DNA from: Cenarchaeum sp.
Lineage (GTDB): Archaea > Thermoproteota > Nitrososphaeria > Nitrososphaerales > Nitrosopumilaceae
Assembly: GCA_965242695.1 (NCBI GenBank)
Contig: CBDESU010000001.1
Location: 1,504,001-1,568,000, forward strand
Direction of reading: 5' to 3'
DNA: 64,000 nucleotides
Positions 58,168 through 64,000 of this stretch are shown here, piece after piece. The notes beneath the pieces are model-generated. The model was not told where the DNA came from and ran no database searches. It was given only the letters and a program-made list of their open reading frames with translations. A program made the translations under genes and the position numbers. Each line of letters begins with the position of its first letter. Position 1 is the stretch's first letter.

Positions 58168-59078
58168 GGCCCGTGTTCGTGTCGGGCACCGACACCGGCG
58201 TCGGAAAGACCGTCGTGGCCGGCGCGCTCGCCCGCACGGCCGCGGCCGCCGGCTGCAGTACCGCCGTGTACAAGCCGTTCATGGCCGGCGGGACGGGCGA
58301 CATTGCGGTCCTGGCTGCGGCGGCTGCGGCCGCCCCCGCTGCGGGGCCCTCCGGCGCGCCCGGAAAGGACGGCGAGAACGCGGCTGGGCCCGTCGCGGCC
58401 CACTACGAGTACGCGTTCCGCACCCCCGCCTCGCCCTACACGGCCGCCCGCCTGGAGGGGTCCGCGATCGACATCGGGGCCGTCCTGGACAGGCTTGCGC
58501 AGCTGCGGCGGGACTACGAGGCGGTCGTCGTAGAGGGCATAGGGGGAGCCATGACGCCCCTCCTCAGGGACTACTTTGTGGCCGACCTGGCAAGGGACAT
58601 GGTCGCGCCGGTCGTCATAGTCACGTCCAACGGGTTCGACGCGGCCGGCCACTCGGCCATGGCCGAGTCGAGCTGCAGGCGGCGCGGGGCCCGCGTGGCC
58701 GGATTCGTGATCAACTCCATCAGCGAGTACGGGTACGTGCCGGCCGCGCTGCGAGGCGAGATCGGCGCCGTCGCCGAGGCGCCGGTCCTCGCGACGGTCA
58801 AGAAGCAGAAAACCGGCGCGCCAAAAGGCGGCGGGTACGACATTGCGGGCGCGCTGCGCGCCCTGGGGGTCGACGTTCCGGCCGGCACAGATGGCGCAGA
58901 GTCGAGCGCGCATGCGGCCATCCGCGCGTTCGAGGGCGGGTACGTGGACGGGGCGGCGCGCATCATGTTCGGCGACGGGCGCTGGGGCGGCGCGGCCGCG
59001 CGTTGGCGGGAGCAGAGGCGCAAGAGGCGCATGCGGAGGAAGAAGGCGCGCGAGTCGAGGCGGCCGGCGGCCGGGTAG
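58164..59078 (+). CDS. bioD: Dethiobiotin synthase family, copy 2
   Basis: FVSGTDTGVGKT, YKPF, PASPY.AA, VEGIGG.MTP and FVIN motifs. ATGA overlap with copy 1. Confidence 0.85.
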   Translation: MRPVFVSGTDTGVGKTVVAGALARTAAAAGCSTAVYKPFMAGGTGDIAVLAAAAAAAPAAGPSGAPGKDGENAAGPVAAHYEYAFRTPASPYTAARLEGSAIDIGAVLDRLAQLRRDYEAVVVEGIGGAMTPLLRDYFVADLARDMVAPVVIVTSNGFDAAGHSAMAESSCRRRGARVAGFVINSISEYGYVPAALRGEIGAVAEAPVLATVKKQKTGAPKGGGYDIAGALRALGVDVPAGTDGAESSAHAAIRAFEGGYVDGAARIMFGDGRWGGAAARWREQRRKRRMRRKKARESRRPAAG

Positions 59079-59344
59079 CCCGCAGGGCGGGCGGGGCGGC
59101 CGGCGGCAGGGCGCCATGTTCCGGCGACTCCCGACAAAGATGAGGACGGCGCACATTCGAACGCCAATGGTGGCGGGCCGGCACGGCGGCGGCGCGGCAG
59201 GGCGGGGCGGCAATAGCGAGCGGCGGGGCTGGATCAACGGCCATCTTCACCGCACTCCAAGGCGGCTCCGGCCGTTCAGCGCGGGCCCGGGGGACGCCAG
59301 GTCGCGCGGCGGCACTACAGAGGAGGGACGAGGTCCAGAGTCTC

Positions 59345-59617
59345 TTGGACGTGCTCGTTCCGATGAGCCTGCATCTCAGGGACGCATCCTACCTTGATCT
59401 TCACGTCGTCTGGGAAAAAATTTCAGAGTTCCTACGCCGCCGCCGCGAGGACTGGCCGGCGGCGAGGGGCGAGGTCATCGCCCTCGCATCAAGGCTTGAA
59501 AAAAGCGACGGGCGTAGGGTGGACCTCTCGGCGGAAGACATGTCCGTCCTGGGCAGCGTTGCCGGCGCCCTTGACAGCGAGTGCTCTCGCCTGTTCGGGA
59601 AGTTGTACAGGAGATGA
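59345..59617 (+). CDS. Small hypothetical protein or gene fragment
   Basis: 90-aa ORF with protein-like composition. Frame is open further upstream without a start codon. Confidence 0.4.
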   Translation: MDVLVPMSLHLRDASYLDLHVVWEKISEFLRRRREDWPAARGEVIALASRLEKSDGRRVDLSAEDMSVLGSVAGALDSECSRLFGKLYRR

Positions 59618-59718
59618 GCGTCCAGTATCTGAAGCGTTTGATTCGCGATCAAATCAACAGGGCACAGTCGCTAAAAGAGATCCCGCACAGCCCAAGGCAT
59701 ACGGCCCTAGAAGACCTG
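59614..59718 (+). pseudogene. 5' part of a small ORF interrupted by the IS
   Basis: MSVQYLKRLIRDQINRAQSLKEIPHSPRHTALEDL continues as VEEFSV* at 61304 once the IS and one TSD copy are removed. Confidence 0.5.
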
Positions 59719-61300
59719 GGTAGTTATGCGTATTCGAATCGTACTGTTATAATACGTACCAATTGACGAGATTTGCGCGGAACATCCCGCGATGTTTTGC
59801 GAAATTGAAGAAACTCTGATCGAATTACGGACTTCGATCGCAGAAATGCGTCAAATCGGGGCGAAATTTCCGGGCAGAGGTCGAAATCGGGGCCGTTTTC
59901 GGCATGCCGTCCGGCGGCATGCGCCCTGCGAAACTATTTTGCATGCGGCGCAACGGCCGCGGCGCGCTATCCGAACGTCTTGTACGGCTTTCTGCCGACC
60001 CAGCCGATCTCGGGCCGCTCTCCCTTCGGGCCCTTTGCGTGCGACCTCCCGGGGTCGATGCACCCCATCAGCCTCTGGAGGTTGACGACCCCCGTGATGA
60101 ACACGACCATGTTTCCCAGGCCGACGATGGTCCCGCGGAATATCCCGCCGACCAGGGGGTAGATCTTTATCCTGCGGAACTCGTTCTCTGCGATCGACCT
60201 TGGCGCGTCGATGCTGTAGTTGTACGCGCAGTCCTCGGCGGACAGCTCCTTCTGCCCCTTGGCCTTCTTCCGGGGGATCCTGACGTCGGCGCCGGGCCAC
60301 TCCTTGTCGGCCGTCAGCATGGCCTTGTCGACGTTGACCGTCATGCGCAGCTCCTCCGGCGTGGCGGGGTCCTCCATGCTCCTTGTGATGTCGCCCAGGA
60401 AGGGGAGGGTCTCGCGGAGCGCGACTATGTTGTGCTTGCGGCCCTCCATGATCTCGCCCATGGCCAGGAGCAGGCCGGCCTGGGCGCACAGGAACACCGC
60501 CTTTGCGGTCGTCGTCTGGGCCTTGCCCGAGAACGCCGCCTCGTTGGACTCCCTGTCGCCCGGCGCCTCGATCTCAAACTCGGTGACGTCGCAGTTGATC
60601 ACGCGGCCGATCGCCTCGATGACCTCGTCGCCGGGAGTCTCGGCGATCTCGTCGGCAACGGCCACGATCGTCGGCATCGTCCGGGGGTTCGTCAGGAGCG
60701 CCAGGGTCAGGCTCAGGTACCGCGATATGGTCGTCTGGTCTATGCCGAACTTGCTCTCGAGCATCTCCTGCGGGTTGCCGCTGCGGGCCGCATGCAGGAT
60801 GAGGAAGGGCATGTGGGCCGGAAGGATCCTGCACCGGTTGCCCTGCCAGCCGGCCCTGTGCTCGTCGACGCCGCCCCGGGCCAGCGGCATGGCCAGGTTC
60901 CCCCTCAGGCCGTCCTTGACGCATGCGACCATGTAAAAGTAGGGGCGCGGATCCACGCCCGTCTCGGCGCGCAGCCGGGCCGGGTCGCGTATCACGTTGT
61001 CTAGCATGACGGTGCATGCGGCGCGATCGTACTCGTCCGGATCGGCGTGCCCCTTCATGGCATCGGCCTTGCGCGCATCCGCCTCCGCCTCGAACAGCTT
61101 CTGCTCGGGCAGGGCATACTCGTCGAGCATGGCGCGCTCGACGGTGAGCCACTTGAATGCGGGCATCTTTTCGTACTTGCATCCCATGATGCTTCGGATG
61201 ACGTACCTTTCTTCCGCCATGCCGCCTGTCGCGGCCGTCCTTGTACCCCACAGTGGTCAATAATTTTTTACCTGCGGTCAGCTCTTTACGCATGACTGCC
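59719..61300 (-). mobile_element. Complete IS5-family (ISL2/PIF-Harbinger-like) insertion sequence, 1582 bp
   Basis: 14-bp imperfect TIRs ggtagttatgcgta (59719-59732) and tacgcatgactgcc (61287-61300), 12/14 match. Flanked by 3-bp direct repeat CTG at 59716-59718 and 61301-61303. Confidence 0.88.
59967..61220 (-). CDS. DDE_Tnp_4-type transposase
   Basis: HTH (LESKFGIDQTTISRYL) plus INCDVTE..IEAP, FSGK, VDKA and YN....PRSIAEN.F.RIK motifs. Confidence 0.92.
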   Translation of the reverse strand: MAEERYVIRSIMGCKYEKMPAFKWLTVERAMLDEYALPEQKLFEAEADARKADAMKGHADPDEYDRAACTVMLDNVIRDPARLRAETGVDPRPYFYMVACVKDGLRGNLAMPLARGGVDEHRAGWQGNRCRILPAHMPFLILHAARSGNPQEMLESKFGIDQTTISRYLSLTLALLTNPRTMPTIVAVADEIAETPGDEVIEAIGRVINCDVTEFEIEAPGDRESNEAAFSGKAQTTTAKAVFLCAQAGLLLAMGEIMEGRKHNIVALRETLPFLGDITRSMEDPATPEELRMTVNVDKAMLTADKEWPGADVRIPRKKAKGQKELSAEDCAYNYSIDAPRSIAENEFRRIKIYPLVGGIFRGTIVGLGNMVVFITGVVNLQRLMGCIDPGRSHAKGPKGERPEIGWVGRKPYKTFG

Positions 61301-61381
61301 CTGGTCGAAGAGTTCTCCGTCTGAATCATTCCAGAAGTCGAGCCGGCGCCAGGCCCCTTGCAAGCGTCGCCCCGGATGCCG

Positions 61382-62254
61382 CTACTGCCGGCCGCCGCCG
61401 GCGTCCTCTTCCCGCGCCGCCTCGTCCCGCTCCCGCGCCGCAGACGCGAGCGCCCTAGCGAAAGAGTCGATCGCCGCGGCGCGGTTCTTTGCCTTTACTA
61501 TCCCGCTTGCGACGAGTATCCCGGTCGAGCCGAGGAGGACGGCCTGGCGGACGTCCTCGGCCGTCACGATGCCCGCGCCGCACAGCAGGCGCGGCCGGGG
61601 CGAGGCCGGCTTCCCCCTTGCCTTTGGCGGCAGCACGGCCCGGTCCACCACCTTGGCGGCCCGCATGATCAGGCCCGGCCTCTCCTTCGAGACGGCGCGC
61701 CCCGTCCCGATCAGCGCAGGCGGCTCGAGCGCCACGTAGTCGGGGGCGAACGTCGACACCGTCCCCACCTCGGCCCCCGTGGCGGCGCACATGACCGACA
61801 AGAGGCCCTGCCCGCGCAGGCGCTCGACTGCGCGCCTCCTGTGCCTCGGGAGTATCCGAAACTCGCTGTGGTTTACGATGGATCCGTCGGCCCCGGTGGC
61901 CCTTACGGCCTCGGCCGTCGTCTGGCCCGTCGTGCTACCCAGGTCGGCCGCATCCGTGTGCTGCGCCAGTATGAGCGGCCTGTTCGGGGCCCTAGAGCGC
62001 CGGCGGCCCTGCATCGCCGTCTCGAGCGCCGCGCCCGTGTCGAGGGCCGCGCCGCCGCCTAGCGCCCACGACGGCACCTCGGCCGACGGCGTAGCGCCGG
62101 CCGCCTCTGCCGCCATGGCAAGCATCGTCGCCGGCGGGGCGACGGCGATCGGGATGCCGTGCCTGGCCGACGATCGGCGCGCCTGCTCGATGAGTGTGCG
62201 CATGTCCCGCGGCGCCATGACCTCGGCATAGTTCTTGCAGTTGATTATGAACAC
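61382..62254 (-). CDS. tpiA: Triosephosphate isomerase, archaeal type
   Basis: MFIINCKNY, AQH.D, GSTTG, NHSE, ALEPP.LIGTG, CGAGI and GILVASGIVKA motifs. TATA-like box 27 nt upstream of GTG 62254. Confidence 0.95.
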   Translation of the reverse strand: MFIINCKNYAEVMAPRDMRTLIEQARRSSARHGIPIAVAPPATMLAMAAEAAGATPSAEVPSWALGGGAALDTGAALETAMQGRRRSRAPNRPLILAQHTDAADLGSTTGQTTAEAVRATGADGSIVNHSEFRILPRHRRRAVERLRGQGLLSVMCAATGAEVGTVSTFAPDYVALEPPALIGTGRAVSKERPGLIMRAAKVVDRAVLPPKARGKPASPRPRLLCGAGIVTAEDVRQAVLLGSTGILVASGIVKAKNRAAAIDSFARALASAARERDEAAREEDAGGGRQ

Positions 62255-62902
62255 GGTCGGGGCCGCGCCAAGCACGGCGTATTTTATCGCTTTGGGGCGC
62301 GGCCAGGCGGCGCGCCCGGCCCCGCGCGCCCGCCCTGCCCGCGGCCAGCAGGCGGCATCTCGCAGGCGAGCTAGGCTGCGCTCCGGCGCCATGCGCCCGT
62401 ACAGGCCGCACATACTGGCGGCGGGGCCGGAAGGGCGCGGCGCCGCATGCCGGCCGGCCCGGTGCCGCCCGCGGCGGCGCTGAAGGAGGCGCCAGTGACG
62501 GCACGGCCGGCGCGGCAGGCGTGCAGCGTGACGGCGGCATGGTCGAGCCCCGCGCGCCACCGCCCGCGGCCGAGCCCCCGCGCGCAGGGCCCGCGGCCCG
62601 TGGCGAACTGCAGTCCGGCCGGCCCGCGGCCAGCGCCGGCCGGATGCCGGCCATGCCCGGGCGCCCTGCGCGAGGATGGGCGTCGCGGCGGGCCGCCGAT
62701 CCCTTTGGCATCGTGTGGCCCGCATCACCGGCAGGCGCCAGGTGCCAAACCGTCCGGTTATGACACAAAGCATTCCCCGGCGGGCACGAGTGGGTTCGGA
62801 TTGGCAAGGCGCCAGGTAGTACGGCAGTGAGGCATGTCGGTCCAATTATTACCCGATCGGCGCGCAAGATCGCTTATATCGAACGCAGATGCCTCCCGCG
62901 CC

Positions 62903-63643
62903 GTGCAGGCTGCAAGGCAGGAACAGCAAACAGGCCACGCAGTGCTGGGGAGTAGTAGCAGGCTAGCCGGGGCGGCAACCGCTACCAACGGCGTCGCCGG
63001 GTTCAAGGACATGTTCATCTCGCTCGTCGATCCGGCCGGCCTGCTCGACATGGAGGCGTGCCGCAGGATGGCCGGCAGAATGGAAGAGGCGGCGTCGAGG
63101 ACGGGGCACAGGGCCGGCGCCAGGATGGCGGCCATCCTGTCCGACATGTTTGCCGCCGCGGACGACATTGCGGACAGGCCCGTCGAGGACGGGTCGCTGG
63201 GCCACACGTGGGTATCCCACGGGTTCATGATGGGCGCGCTGTACGATACTGCAGAGGCGTACAGGGACGGCGGGGACGCCGAGCCGGTCGGCGAGCTGGA
63301 GGATGCAAGGGACATGATCGAGCGCCAGAGGGCCAGGGCCAACAGGCGCCGCGAGCAGCTGAGGGCTGCCGGCGGCCCGCCCGGCGCTAGCCTTCCGGGG
63401 ATCGAAAGGATGCACGTGGGCAGGGTGTGCAGGGACGTGGCAAGGGAAGGGCAGGAAAAGGTGCGAGCGCAACAGAGGGAATGGGGCAATGATTCCGTGT
63501 TCCCGCCGAAGGCAAGGGCGCCCGGCGAGGAGTGTAAGGAATGCAAGGATGCCGGCATATCGGCGGCCGCAATTCTGGAGATGATGAGGGGCAACATCCC
63601 CGACGGGTACGAGCTGGTGCGGGCTGGCAGGGGAGACAGGTAG
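62903..63643 (+). CDS. Unknown protein, family A copy 3 (divergent)
   Basis: FKDMFISLVDPAGLLDMEAC, DIADRPVEDG, FPPK and PDGYE motifs. TATA-like cttatat at 62873-62879. Confidence 0.8.
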   Translation: MQAARQEQQTGHAVLGSSSRLAGAATATNGVAGFKDMFISLVDPAGLLDMEACRRMAGRMEEAASRTGHRAGARMAAILSDMFAAADDIADRPVEDGSLGHTWVSHGFMMGALYDTAEAYRDGGDAEPVGELEDARDMIERQRARANRRREQLRAAGGPPGASLPGIERMHVGRVCRDVAREGQEKVRAQQREWGNDSVFPPKARAPGEECKECKDAGISAAAILEMMRGNIPDGYELVRAGRGDR

Positions 63644-64000
63644 GAAGAGGGCGGCGGAAGCCGCTGGCGCCGAGGCCGGAGACTCCGGCCTGCTCGCCGG
63701 GCTTGAAACGGGGGTCAACGGCAGCTTCGAGACCGTATACACCTGCCTAGACGGCAGCATGCTCGTGGTGCTGCCAAATCCAGGCGGCATGCACCGCGAC
63801 GACGCGCTCGGGGCGCTCCGCGCGATAGTGAGGAGCGGGTACAAGATGATCACCTCGCTGCTGGCCGTCATGGAGGCAGTCGCCGCCGTCCGCAGAAGAA
63901 TCGCAGGTTCGCACAAGTGCAGATCGGGAAGCGCCGAGGAGCTGGCCGGCGTCGAGGCGCACGTGCAGAGCATGGCCAACAGGGTGTCCGAACATTCGTA
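63624..64000 (+). CDS. PIN-domain protein paralog, 3'-truncated by window edge (absent from the ORF track)
   Basis: Open frame reads VYTCLDGSMLVVL...MHRDDA...SGYKMITSLLAVMEAVAAVRRRIAGSHKCRSGSAEELAGVEA, colinear with the PIN gene at 10894. Start codon unclear (CTG 63624). Confidence 0.75.
   Translation, partial: MAGETGRKRAAEAAGAEAGDSGLLAGLETGVNGSFETVYTCLDGSMLVVLPNPGGMHRDDALGALRAIVRSGYKMITSLLAVMEAVAAVRRRIAGSHKCRSGSAEELAGVEAHVQSMANRVSEHS

Noticed and set aside
1-64000. tRNA, rRNA or other structured RNA genes
   Set aside because: No T-loop/cloverleaf or rRNA signature was recognised in intergenic regions. A covariance-model scan would be needed to exclude small ncRNAs.

Overview
High-GC archaeal chromosome segment, best explained as a Nitrososphaerota (thaumarchaeal, Nitrosopumilaceae/Cenarchaeum-like, probably host-associated) genome. 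The evidence is ESCRT-III/CdvB, proteasome alpha, archaeal-type ThiDN, TpiA and AspRS, a Nitrosopumilus-type Fe-dependent semialdehyde reductase, and TATA boxes 20-30 nt upstream of apparently leaderless starts. Housekeeping genes (ilvB-ilvH-leuA-leuB, bioA, bioD x2, argS, aspS, DRG GTPase, thiDN, glycerate kinase, tpiA) are interleaved with accessory loci. These include an AT-rich DUF262/DUF1524 (GmrSD-like) island, Fic/Doc and SocA-like TA genes, and a complete IS5/DDE_Tnp_4-type element with TIRs and a 3-bp TSD. The most notable observations are: (1) a stand-alone transposase DDE domain homologous to the IS transposase in this window, with no TIRs seen and a (KKGSG)6 tail; (2) a basic repeat protein ending in a transposase-like DNA-binding domain, next to a 190-bp, GCGATCGC-rich tandem array; (3) a 36-36-36 bp repeat-spacer-repeat whose spacer matches that gene at 33/36 nt and sits just upstream of an unknown gene plus a PD-(D/E)xK nuclease; (4) three copies of an unrecognised ~250-aa protein coupled to a PIN-domain gene; (5) an ADP-ribosyltransferase-like ORF interrupted by one TAG and fused in frame to a winged helix. 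No rRNA, tRNA or cas genes were recognised. All family calls are by-eye motif recognition, not database searches.
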